DNA of 64,000 bases from an uncultured Clostridia bacterium (GTDB lineage: Bacteria; Bacillota; Clostridia; Oscillospirales; Ruminococcaceae): positions 4,977 through 68,976 of the forward strand of contig CAMZAK010000002.1 of NCBI GenBank assembly GCA_947304245.1, in the 5' to 3' direction. Under the pieces are notes generated by a model, which ran no database searches, was not told where the DNA came from, and was given only the letters and a program-made list of their open reading frames with translations. The translations under genes were made by a program, and so were the position numbers. This document shows, piece by piece, positions 55,874-64,000 of this stretch. How positions within the stretch are numbered: the first letter of the stretch is position 1; every line of letters begins with the position of its first letter.

Positions 55874-56899
55874 TTAAAATTCTAAACCCATTCCCTTTTC
55901 ATATTGCTTTTTTACTTTGTTTTTAAATTCATCAAAAGAAATATTTTTCTCTTTTAATTTTTTAAAACAAAAATTTATCTCTCTTTTTAAGCCTAATGGC
56001 ATATTTTGAGTTTCACTTTTCTTTAAGTTATGTTTAGCCTTACTTTTAATTTTAACTAAATTTAAAAATTCCATTAAATTTTTCTCTTCTTCTTTTGTAA
56101 TGTTTTTATTTAAACAAAAAACATCTTCCTCTTTTAAAATATTCTTATTACCACAAACAGGAAGCGGTAAACATTTTAATTTTCTTTCTCCTTCACCAAA
56201 AATTTCAGAATTTAAAAATCTGCTGCTTCCAATGTAAAAAAGCTTGTCTTCTTTTAAAAGTTTTATGTTTAAATTTTGATCTTTTTTATTAATAAGTTTA
56301 AATATTTCTTTGAATTCATCTGAAATAATCCCTTCTTTAAAACCTAAACTACAAACCAAAGAAGAAATGTCTTCTCCAAAACAAACAACATCTCTCCCAC
56401 CAGCCTTTTTGCAAGAATTTAAAAACCATTCTAAAGAACTTAAATTTTTCTCACTAACCCCCATAGAGTTTAATTTTTCAATGTTTACAAAAACTCCAGA
56501 AAAATATTCCGCTAACTTAAAACCTTCTGTTTCTTTAAATTTAACCGTTAAATTTTCAACATTCTTAAATGGTTTAATTAAATCTTTAAAAAACTTAGCA
56601 TCCATCTCACCATGAACAAAAAAAGCAGAAACATTATTATTTAAAATTTCATTTAAAACATTAAATCTGTAATTTGTGTCATCTTCAATTCTTTTAAAGA
56701 TAAATTTAACATTTTTCTTTCTCTTTTCAAATTCCAAAGCTTTAATTTCAATTTCTTGTGCTGCAAACTTTGGTAAAACAATTTTAACATAGCATTTTGA
56801 ACTGTTAAAACAATTTTTGGTTTCAACCTCTTTTTTTGTTACAACACATCCACAAAAACTAAAAATAATGCTAAAAATAATAACTAAAAGTTTTTTCAC
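55874..56899 (-). CDS. Hypothetical lipoprotein
   Basis: Signal peptide plus lipobox (IIFSFCGC). I recognise no family. Confidence 0.45.
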   Translation of the reverse strand: MKKLLVIIFSIIFSFCGCVVTKKEVETKNCFNSSKCYVKIVLPKFAAQEIEIKALEFEKRKKNVKFIFKRIEDDTNYRFNVLNEILNNNVSAFFVHGEMDAKFFKDLIKPFKNVENLTVKFKETEGFKLAEYFSGVFVNIEKLNSMGVSEKNLSSLEWFLNSCKKAGGRDVVCFGEDISSLVCSLGFKEGIISDEFKEIFKLINKKDQNLNIKLLKEDKLFYIGSSRFLNSEIFGEGERKLKCLPLPVCGNKNILKEEDVFCLNKNITKEEEKNLMEFLNLVKIKSKAKHNLKKSETQNMPLGLKREINFCFKKLKEKNISFDEFKNKVKKQYEKGMGLEF

Positions 56900-56972
56900 G
56901 AAACGCCCCGTTAATTTAACTATATTTATTTTAAAATATTAACCAAACTTTAAATTTTTACGCATTATTAAT

Positions 56973-58158
56973 TTACTTTAACAATTGCTCTATTAAAAAA
57001 TTAGTGAATTCTTCTAAACTAGCGCCATCTTTAAAACCAGTCACCTCAACCTTACTACCCTTTCTAGTGCAAAAATTTAATGCGTTTTCTAATTTTTCTG
57101 CTTTTTTTAAAAAACCAATATGGTTTAGCATTAAAACTGTTGCTCTTAAAATTGAAGTTGGGTTTGCGTAAAGTGCAAGCCCTTGTTGCACCATTCTAGG
57201 AGCAGAGCCATGTATTGCTTCAAACATGGCATATTTTTTGCCTATGTTAGCGCTTCCTGCTGTTCCCACTCCTCCTTGAATTTGAGCGGCCTCATCTGTT
57301 AAAATGTCGCCATATAAATTAGGCAGAATTAAAACTTCAAAGTCTTTTCTGCTGTTTTTGTCCACCAACTTAGCAGCAGCAATGTCCACATACCAATCAT
57401 CTAACTCAATTCCTTCATAATCCTTAGAAACTTCTTTGCAAACCTCTAAAAAATTTCCATCTGTTGTTTTAATTATGTTAGCTTTTGTTATTACAGAAAC
57501 CTTTTTTCTCCCGGTTTTTTTAGCATAATCAAAAGCAAGTTTTGCAATTCTTTTGCTGCCAGCTTTTGTTGTAATTGTAAAGTCCACCGCTAATTCATCT
57601 GTAACATTAAACCCTAAAGAACCTAAAGTGTAGGAGCCTTCTGTGTTTTCTCTAAAAAAAAACCCAATCTATTCCTTCTTCTTCAATTTTAATTGGCCTA
57701 ACATTTGAAAACAAATCTAATTCTTTTCTTAAAATAACGTTAGCAGATTCTAAACTTGGCCATTTGTCCCCTTTTCTTGGCGTTGTTGTTGGCCCTTTTA
57801 AAATAACATTGCAATCTTTAATTTCTTTTAAAACATTTAAAGGAACAGATTGTTTTAATTTTGCCCTGTTTTCAATTGTTAAACCTTCTATTTTTTTAAG
57901 CTCAACTTTTTTTTGTTTTATTTCTTCTTCTAGTAAAATGTTTAAAACCTTTAAAGCAGCAGAAACAATAAAAGGCCCAATGCCGTCCCCTTCAATTATT
58001 CCAATTTTTATTGTTTTAAGTTTGGAGTAATCTGTAAAGTCTTCTTGGTTTTTAATTTCCTCAACCCTTTTTAGTTGACTTTTAAGCAAACTACAAAATT
58101 TTTCACCAGCAAGCTTAATCTCTTCCATTTTTAGTCTCCTTTTCAAATAAAATAACAA
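56973..58158 (-). pseudogene. icd: Isocitrate dehydrogenase-family gene split by a 1-nt frameshift in a T9 run (A9 on the plus strand, 57654-57662)
   Basis: The upstream ORF ends ...EEEGIDWVFF-TAG. The next frame continues RENTEGSYTLGSLGFNVTDELAVDFTITTKAGSKRIA..., joining the conserved RENTEG motif. Other IDH motifs: KGPTTTP...SLESANVILRKELDLFSNVRP, LPNLYGDILTDEAAQIQGG, FEAIHGSAP. Confidence 0.8.
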
Positions 58159-58250
58159 TTTAATTATAACATTATTTCTTTAAAATTTTAATTAATTGAA
58201 AATTAAAAAAATATAATATATAATATTAAAAAAATTAAAAAGGGCAATTT

Positions 58251-59411
58251 ATGAAAAGATTTTTTAAAGAACTCTACTATTCAACAAGCTATTATTTTAA
58301 AACAACAGATAAATTTTTGTTTCTCACTTCAATTGGGGCAAGTTTAATTAGTTTTATTTTAATTTTTTCACTATACCCAAATGCAGTTAGCAGTTTGCGC
58401 CCTTTTCAAATTCAGGTTATTTCCACATTAATAGGGATTTTTCTTGCAATTTTTATTTCAAACATAGACTACCACAAAATAGAAAAATTCATAAAACCTT
58501 TTTCAATTTCTGTAATTGTTTTAAACCTTTTGCCCTTCACCCCTCTAGGCAAAACAAGAGCAGATGAAATGTTAACAAACGCTGGGGCAGGCTCAGCTAA
58601 TTTAAACTGGATTAATTTAGGTTTCACTAAAATTCAGCCTTCAGAATTTTTGAAAGTGGCATTTATTTTAACCTTTTCATACCACTGTTCAAAAGTTTTA
58701 AGGGAAATAAATAAACCCAAAACCTTAATAAAATTAGTTTTACATGCTCTAGTTCCAATAGGAATAATATTCATACAAAAAGACTACGGAACAATGACGG
58801 TTTTTTTATTCATAACCTTTTGCATAGTAATTACAGCAAACACAAACTGGAAGGTTATTTTAGCAATTGCTGCCATGGGTGGTGTTTGTTTGTTGCTGTT
58901 CATAACAGGGCATCTTCCATCCTACCTTTTAAAAAGAATTTATGTTTTATTTAACCTAGAACAAGAAAGATTAGGACTTGGTTTACAGCAATACACAGGA
59001 ATGCTAACTCTAGCAACAGGTGGAATTTTTGGAAAAGGTTTTAATTCTAACGATCTACTATATTTCACGCCAGAACTACACAACGACATGGTTTTTTCAC
59101 ACATAGGCCAAACATTTGGATTTATTGGATGTGTTACAATTTTAATTTGGGTTGTGATATATTGCGTTAGAATTTTGCAGTTAGGGAAAAATTCTAAAGA
59201 TAACCTAGGATGTTTAATTTGTGTTGGGGTATTCGCAATGTTTTTTTTCCAGTCTGCAATAAACATTGGAATGGCACTATGTGTAAGCCCTGTAATTGGA
59301 ATTTCTCTTCCCTTTTTAAGCGCAGGAGGAACTTTTGTTTTTTCAACCTATATTGCTTTAGGTGTTTTGTTAAGCGTTCACAGGCATTCATATAAATTAA
59401 CTCTTTTTTAA
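58251..59411 (+). CDS. FtsW/RodA/SpoVE-family (SEDS) peptidoglycan glycosyltransferase
   Basis: About 10 TM helices and SEDS motifs (…IQPSEFLKVAFIL…, …HNDMVFSHIGQTFGFIG…, …GISLPFLSAGGT…). Confidence 0.85.
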   Translation: MKRFFKELYYSTSYYFKTTDKFLFLTSIGASLISFILIFSLYPNAVSSLRPFQIQVISTLIGIFLAIFISNIDYHKIEKFIKPFSISVIVLNLLPFTPLGKTRADEMLTNAGAGSANLNWINLGFTKIQPSEFLKVAFILTFSYHCSKVLREINKPKTLIKLVLHALVPIGIIFIQKDYGTMTVFLFITFCIVITANTNWKVILAIAAMGGVCLLLFITGHLPSYLLKRIYVLFNLEQERLGLGLQQYTGMLTLATGGIFGKGFNSNDLLYFTPELHNDMVFSHIGQTFGFIGCVTILIWVVIYCVRILQLGKNSKDNLGCLICVGVFAMFFFQSAINIGMALCVSPVIGISLPFLSAGGTFVFSTYIALGVLLSVHRHSYKLTLF

Positions 59412-59505
59412 CCATAATTTAACATAATATTTATGTTGTTTAATTTTTAGTTTTATTATATAATTGTATTTTAATAAATAAAAATAAATAAATTAAAGAG
59501 GAAGT

Positions 59506-60045
59506 ATGAGAGTTATTACTGGTTTTGCAAAAAAAAAACCACTTTTAACACTAAGTGAAAAAACTTTAAGACCAACAACAATGAGAGTTAAAGAAGCAAT
59601 GTTTTCAATAATTCAATTTGAAATTGAAAACAAAGATGTTTTAGACCTTTACTCCGGAACTGGCCAACTCGGAATTGAAGCACTTTCAAGAGGGGCAAAA
59701 AGTTGCACTTTTGTGGATTATTCCCCTAAAGCGCACAAAATTGAAATTGAAAATTTAAAAAACACAAATTTAAAAAAAAATGCTAAAGTTATAGTCTCAA
59801 AAGCTTTAACTTTTTTAAAAAACACTAAAAATATTTATGACATAGTAATTCTAGACCCGCCATATAATGAAAATATGCTTTGTGATGCTTTAAATTTAGC
59901 TCAATTCAAATTATCATCTAACGGTATAATAATTTGTGAGCATTTAAAAAAATTAGAATTAAACGACGATTTTTCAAACATTATTTTGCAAAAACAATAT
60001 GATTATGGTAAAATAAGACTTAGTTTTTTTAAAAACAAAACCTAA
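59506..60045 (+). CDS. rsmD: 16S rRNA (guanine966-N2)-methyltransferase RsmD
   Basis: MRVITG...LRPTTMRVKEAMFSII, DLYSGTGQLGIEALSRGA and ILDPPY. Confidence 0.85.
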   Translation: MRVITGFAKKKPLLTLSEKTLRPTTMRVKEAMFSIIQFEIENKDVLDLYSGTGQLGIEALSRGAKSCTFVDYSPKAHKIEIENLKNTNLKKNAKVIVSKALTFLKNTKNIYDIVILDPPYNENMLCDALNLAQFKLSSNGIIICEHLKKLELNDDFSNIILQKQYDYGKIRLSFFKNKT

Positions 60046-60072
60046 AAAAAACTTTAGAAAGAAGGGGTTAAA

Positions 60073-60540
60073 ATTAAATTAGCAATATTTCCAGGAAGGT
60101 TTGACCCTATAAATAGTGGTCAGTTAGACGTAATAAAAAAAGCATCTAAAATTTTTGAAAAATTAATAGTTTTAGTAACCAGCAGCGAAGATGAATTTTT
60201 TCCAGCAAAAACAAGATTGCGTTTTATTAACTCTGTTATTTCTAATTTTAGTAATGTTGAAACAGATTACTGGCCAAAACAACTAGATGAATATGTTAAA
60301 ATAACACATGCTAAAATTATAGTTAAAGGAATTACAACTAACCTTAATTTACAGGATGAAATTAATTTTAAAACTGTTAACGAAACAATTAATGAAGAAG
60401 TGGAATTTGTTTTCATTATGCCAAATCCTAAAAATATGTATATTAATTCACAACTTGTTAAGGAACTTTGCACTTTAAAAAAAAATTTAAGTTCTGTTGT
60501 TCCTAAAAGCATTGAGAAAGAAGTTAAAGAAGAGGTTTAA
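60073..60540 (+). CDS. coaD: Phosphopantetheine adenylyltransferase CoaD with a probable ATT start codon
   Basis: After the in-frame TAG at 60055, the frame reads K-E-G-V-K-I-K-L-A-I-F-P-G-R-F-D-P-I-N-S-G-Q-L-D, the CoaD N-terminal nucleotide-binding motif. No ATG, GTG or TTG precedes it. GAAGGGG (60061-60067) lies 5 nt before ATT at 60073. The ORF-track start at 60217 would remove the active site. Confidence 0.8.
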   Translation: MKLAIFPGRFDPINSGQLDVIKKASKIFEKLIVLVTSSEDEFFPAKTRLRFINSVISNFSNVETDYWPKQLDEYVKITHAKIIVKGITTNLNLQDEINFKTVNETINEEVEFVFIMPNPKNMYINSQLVKELCTLKKNLSSVVPKSIEKEVKEEV

Positions 60541-60545
60541 AAAAT

Positions 60546-61016
60546 ATGGCTGTTAGTAATCTTTTAGATGAGCTAGAAAACATAATTGCAGGAGCATGGA
60601 GAATTCCCATGACCAAAGGAAGATGTGCTATTCCAACAAAAGAAGTACAAAATTTAATAGACGACATTCGCTTAGCACTGCCAAAAGAAATTAAAGAAGC
60701 TAAAATCATTATTGAAACAAGAAACAACATCTTACAAGATGCAAGAAAAGAAGCACAAAACATTGTTGCTAATGCAAAAAAGCGCGCAAATCACGAAATA
60801 TCTGAAACAAACATAGTTAAACAATCTAAAAAAGCTGCCAAAGAAATAATTTTAGAAGCTAGAGTTAAAACAAAAGAAATGTACAATAAAACTAATTCCT
60901 ATGTGGAAAACCTAATTAGTAAATTAGAAGAAGCAATTAACACAACCACTAAAAATTTTAAAGTTTCTGCAAATGAAATAAAACAAATTACTAAAAAAAC
61001 AAATTTTAGTAGGTAA
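60546..61016 (+). CDS. Hypothetical helical protein (V-ATPase subunit H/G-like coiled coil)
   Basis: 156 aa, LLDELENIIAGAWRIPMTKGRCAIPTKEVQNLIDDIRLALPKEIKEAK.... I recall seeing this conserved small protein downstream of coaD in Clostridia. Function unknown. Confidence 0.5.
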   Translation: MAVSNLLDELENIIAGAWRIPMTKGRCAIPTKEVQNLIDDIRLALPKEIKEAKIIIETRNNILQDARKEAQNIVANAKKRANHEISETNIVKQSKKAAKEIILEARVKTKEMYNKTNSYVENLISKLEEAINTTTKNFKVSANEIKQITKKTNFSR

Positions 61017-61039
61017 AATTTTAAATTACATATTAAAAA

Positions 61040-61075
61040 ACCTTGCTTAAAATTAGCAAGGTCTTTTCTTTGTTT
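61040..61075 (+). terminator. Rho-independent terminator
   Basis: accttgct-taaaatt-agcaaggt (8-bp stem) followed by cttttctttgttt. Confidence 0.55.
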
Positions 61076-61130
61076 AAAATATTTTTTTTTGGCAAAATTT
61101 TAACTATAAATTCAAAAGGAGGAGGGTGTT

Positions 61131-61433
61131 TTGTCTTTAAAAGATGCTGAAAATTTCATTTTAAGCTGCTACAAAAACCAAGATGAAAATTTAAATAAAA
61201 TAATTAACAATATAAATTCCAGTTTTGAATCTAACGAAGCTAAGTTTTTATATATAAGCGAAAAAGCAAAAGAATTAGGGTTTAATTTCACAGCAAAAGA
61301 ATTTAAGGATGAAATTAAAAAAATTAAAAAAAGCCTCACAAAAAACCAGATGGTGGAATTTGCAAAAGAAAACAATTTAATTAGTAATCTAGAAAACAAA
61401 AACAAAAAAAAATTTTTAGACCATCTATGGTAA
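61131..61433 (+). CDS. Nif11-domain small protein (TTG start after GGAGGAGGG)
   Basis: MSLKDAENFILSCYKNQDENLNKI...EKAKELGFNFTAKEFKDEI fits the Nif11 N-terminal domain pattern (...AKE.GF.FT..E...). Confidence 0.5.
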   Translation: MSLKDAENFILSCYKNQDENLNKIINNINSSFESNEAKFLYISEKAKELGFNFTAKEFKDEIKKIKKSLTKNQMVEFAKENNLISNLENKNKKKFLDHLW

Positions 61434-61448
61434 ATTAAAATTAAACCG

Positions 61449-63872
61449 CTATTTAAACTTTAGTGGTTTAATTTTAATTAATTTATTAACTAAAAACATT
61501 AAAAGTTTTAATGTGGGCCTTATTAAAAAACAACCAAAAACTATAATTAAAATAGAAGGCAAAGAGAGTTCAAAAATATTAGAAAAACCTCTAACAAAAA
61601 ATATTGCAATTAACATTAAAAAACTCATTAACCCCACAACAGCTAATTTCAACCTATTTAAAGGTTTGCAAATTTCAAACAAAACAACTAACCCAGTAAC
61701 ACCCAACAAGGTTGCACAAACATGAGAAAGATCAGAAGGCTTAATTGAAAACAGATTAAAAATAACCTGCACTAAAATCATCATAATTAAATTACAAATT
61801 CCGCCTGGCATAGCTTTTTTAAAAACATTTTTAACAAAACTACCACTAACAACAGCTGTTGATGGCTCTAGCGTTAGAAAAAAAGCAGGCAAACCTATTG
61901 TTAACATACTAATTATTGTGAATTGATATGGCACTATTGGAAACCTTAATTTTAAAAACAAAGCTAAAAAAGCAAAAGAAAAAGAAAAAATATTCTTAAC
62001 CAAAAAAAGAGACGCAAACCTTTGAATGTTGTTAATAACCCTTCTTCCCTCAAAAACAATTTTTGGCATAAATTGAAAGTCTGAGTTTAAAAGAACTATT
62101 TCAGCAGCATGATTAGCAGCTTCACTTCCAGAAAGCATGGCCACTCCAACGTCTGAATCTCTTAAAGCTAAAACGTCGTTAACACCATCCCCCACCATTG
62201 CAACAGTGTGCTTTTTCTCTTTTTGCAGTATTTTAACAATTTGCCTTTTTTGATTTGGTGTTACTCTTCCAAAAATATTGTACTCTTCAACAATTTTCTT
62301 TAATTCTTCCTCATCCTTAATTTTAGAAGCATCTACATAACTATTAATATTTTTAATTTTTGCCCTTTTGCAAACATTAAAAACAAAGGCGGGGTTATCT
62401 CCAGAAATAACTTTAATTTTTACTCCTTCGTTTTGAAAAAAGTTAAATGCTTTATAAATTCCGCTCCTAATTGGGTTTTCTAATAAAATTAATGCCAAAG
62501 GGCTAACTTTGCCACTAATTTCACCATCTAAAATTTCTCCATTTAAATTTGCTAAAAGTAAAACTCTCTTCCCTTCTTCAGAGTTTTTTTCAACTTCTTC
62601 TCTAATTTTAAAATATTCTTCTTTTAAAATAAATTCTGGTGCGCCTAAAACAAAATTCCCGCAATCTTCAAACTCAACACCAAACCATTTAGTTGAAGAC
62701 AAAAAAGGATGAATTTTTTTAACACTCCAGCTAGTTTTTTTATTAAATTTTTCTTTTAAAGCTTTAGAAGTGGCATTGTCCGCCGGCATATTAAAAACAA
62801 CAGAATTTAATGCTTCTTCCAAAGAAAATTTAAATTCTTCAAAAGAAAACAACTTTTGCACTCCAACAACCTTCATGTTGGGCTCTGTTATTGTTCCTGT
62901 TTTGTCTATGCATATTACGTCTACTCTAGCAAGAGTTTCTATGCAGCTCATATCATGCACTAAAATTTTAGAATCCATTAATTTAATTACGCTAACAACT
63001 AAAGCAATACTAGTTAAAAGATATAACCCTTCAGGGATCATTCCAATTAAAACTGCAACTGTTGCCTTAATTGAATTAGTATATTGCATATGCATTAAAA
63101 ATGTTTGTTTTAAAAACAATATAATTCCAAAAGGGATTATTAAAAAACCTATTATTTTAATTATTGTGTTAATTGCATGCATCATGCCGGATTTTTTTCG
63201 TTCAACATCTTTTTTAGCTTCCTTAACAAGCTTGTTAGCGTAACAAAAATCTCCAACCTTTTCCACTCTAGCAACACAGTCTCCAGAAAGAACAAAACTA
63301 CCAGACAAAAGCTCACAAGATTCTGTTTTAATTATTGGGTCTGCTTCTCCTGTTAAAAGAGATTCATCCACCTGCACCTGCCCTTTTAAAACAATAGCAT
63401 CAACATTTATTTGGTCCCCTGTTTTAAAAATTATTATGTCATCTCGCACAACTTCACTGTTTAAAATTGTTTTTTTCTTTCCATCTCTTACAACAACAGA
63501 CTTTAATGAAGAAATTAAATTTAATTTTTCTATTTTAATTTTAGATCTAATCTGTTGAAAAATACCTATAAAAATATTAATAACAACAACAAGTAAAAAA
63601 GCCAAATCTTCATAAGCACCAACAAAAATTAAAAGAAAACCCAAAACAAAAAAAATCAAATTAAAATATGTAAAAACATTATCAAAAATAATACTTCCAA
63701 TTGTTTTATAAGGTGCACTAGAAGAAACATTTAAATAACCCGCTTCTTTTAAAGTTTCAACCTCACTAGAAGTTAAACCTTTTTCTGCTGATGCAGAAAT
63801 TCTTTCAATTTCCTTTGTTTCTTTTAATTTTAACTCTTTCATTTTAATTTTTTCTCCTGTTTTCTTTTTCAA
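61449..63872 (-). CDS. Cation-transporting P-type ATPase (P2/unclassified; Ca2+/Mg2+-type architecture)
   Basis: TGE (LLTGEADP), phosphorylation site ICIDKTGTITEPN, hinge MVGDGVNDVLALRDSDVGVAM, and about 10 TM helices. Confidence 0.9.
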   Translation of the reverse strand: MKKKTGEKIKMKELKLKETKEIERISASAEKGLTSSEVETLKEAGYLNVSSSAPYKTIGSIIFDNVFTYFNLIFFVLGFLLIFVGAYEDLAFLLVVVINIFIGIFQQIRSKIKIEKLNLISSLKSVVVRDGKKKTILNSEVVRDDIIIFKTGDQINVDAIVLKGQVQVDESLLTGEADPIIKTESCELLSGSFVLSGDCVARVEKVGDFCYANKLVKEAKKDVERKKSGMMHAINTIIKIIGFLIIPFGIILFLKQTFLMHMQYTNSIKATVAVLIGMIPEGLYLLTSIALVVSVIKLMDSKILVHDMSCIETLARVDVICIDKTGTITEPNMKVVGVQKLFSFEEFKFSLEEALNSVVFNMPADNATSKALKEKFNKKTSWSVKKIHPFLSSTKWFGVEFEDCGNFVLGAPEFILKEEYFKIREEVEKNSEEGKRVLLLANLNGEILDGEISGKVSPLALILLENPIRSGIYKAFNFFQNEGVKIKVISGDNPAFVFNVCKRAKIKNINSYVDASKIKDEEELKKIVEEYNIFGRVTPNQKRQIVKILQKEKKHTVAMVGDGVNDVLALRDSDVGVAMLSGSEAANHAAEIVLLNSDFQFMPKIVFEGRRVINNIQRFASLFLVKNIFSFSFAFLALFLKLRFPIVPYQFTIISMLTIGLPAFFLTLEPSTAVVSGSFVKNVFKKAMPGGICNLIMMILVQVIFNLFSIKPSDLSHVCATLLGVTGLVVLFEICKPLNRLKLAVVGLMSFLMLIAIFFVRGFSNIFELSLPSILIIVFGCFLIRPTLKLLMFLVNKLIKIKPLKFK

Positions 63873-63874
63873 TT

Positions 63875-64000
63875 CTACTGAAAAATTTTTCCCGCAACAA
63901 CACTCTTAACTTTTTTATATATCCCTATTTTATCTAATCCATTTTTTTTAAGCAAAGACAAAACATCACCAGATTCACCAAATTTGTCTTGCACTCCAAT
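63875..64000 (-). CDS. Partial CDS: C-terminal end of a transketolase (C-terminal subunit/domain)
   Basis: My own reverse translation gives IGVQDKFGESGDVLSLLKKNGLDKIGIYKKVKSVVAGKIFQ*, matching the transketolase C-terminal pattern (D.FGESG....L....GL....I). The stop is TAG at 63877-63875. Confidence 0.6.
   Translation of the reverse strand: MGVQDKFGESGDVLSLLKKNGLDKIGIYKKVKSVVAGKIFQ

Overview
Very AT-rich bacterial chromosomal window (by eye, roughly three quarters A+T). It uses the standard genetic code: TAA, TAG and TGA each end conserved genes at the expected length. Gene content and order look like a reduced Firmicutes/Clostridia-like genome. Recognisable genes are rpe, secA, an alpha/beta-type SASP, the rimP-nusA-ylxR-infB-rbfA-nrnA-truB-ribF block, pduL, prs-pth, hydE, an amino-acid ABC transporter, rel(relA/spoT), recJ, an alanine:cation symporter, potABCD, sbcDC, icd, an FtsW/RodA-family gene, rsmD-coaD, a P-type ATPase and four tRNAs, each with an encoded CCA end. 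Three things stand out from this housekeeping background. (1) A ~10 kb tandem array (33155-43118, minus strand) holds five mosaic paralogs of an unassigned membrane protein with about 13 TM helices and a variable C-terminal ectodomain. Long tracts with no or almost no differences are shared between adjacent and non-adjacent copies, which points to ongoing gene conversion. This is my best candidate for an undescribed, diversifying cell-surface system, possibly GT-C-like glycosyltransferases. (2) Three paralogous K/E-rich coiled-coil proteins sit behind a perfect TTGACA-17-TATAAT promoter next to sbcDC. (3) There are widespread signs of genome erosion and rearrangement. These include decayed duplicated fragments of pth, sbcC, rel and an MBL hydrolase (the last two forming a decayed inverted duplication around recJ), an in-frame TAA in the MBL gene, a frameshift in a T9 run in icd, a degenerate RibF kinase domain, and SD-supported ATT start codons for coaD and truB. 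No CRISPR array, rRNA, transposase or integrase is visible.
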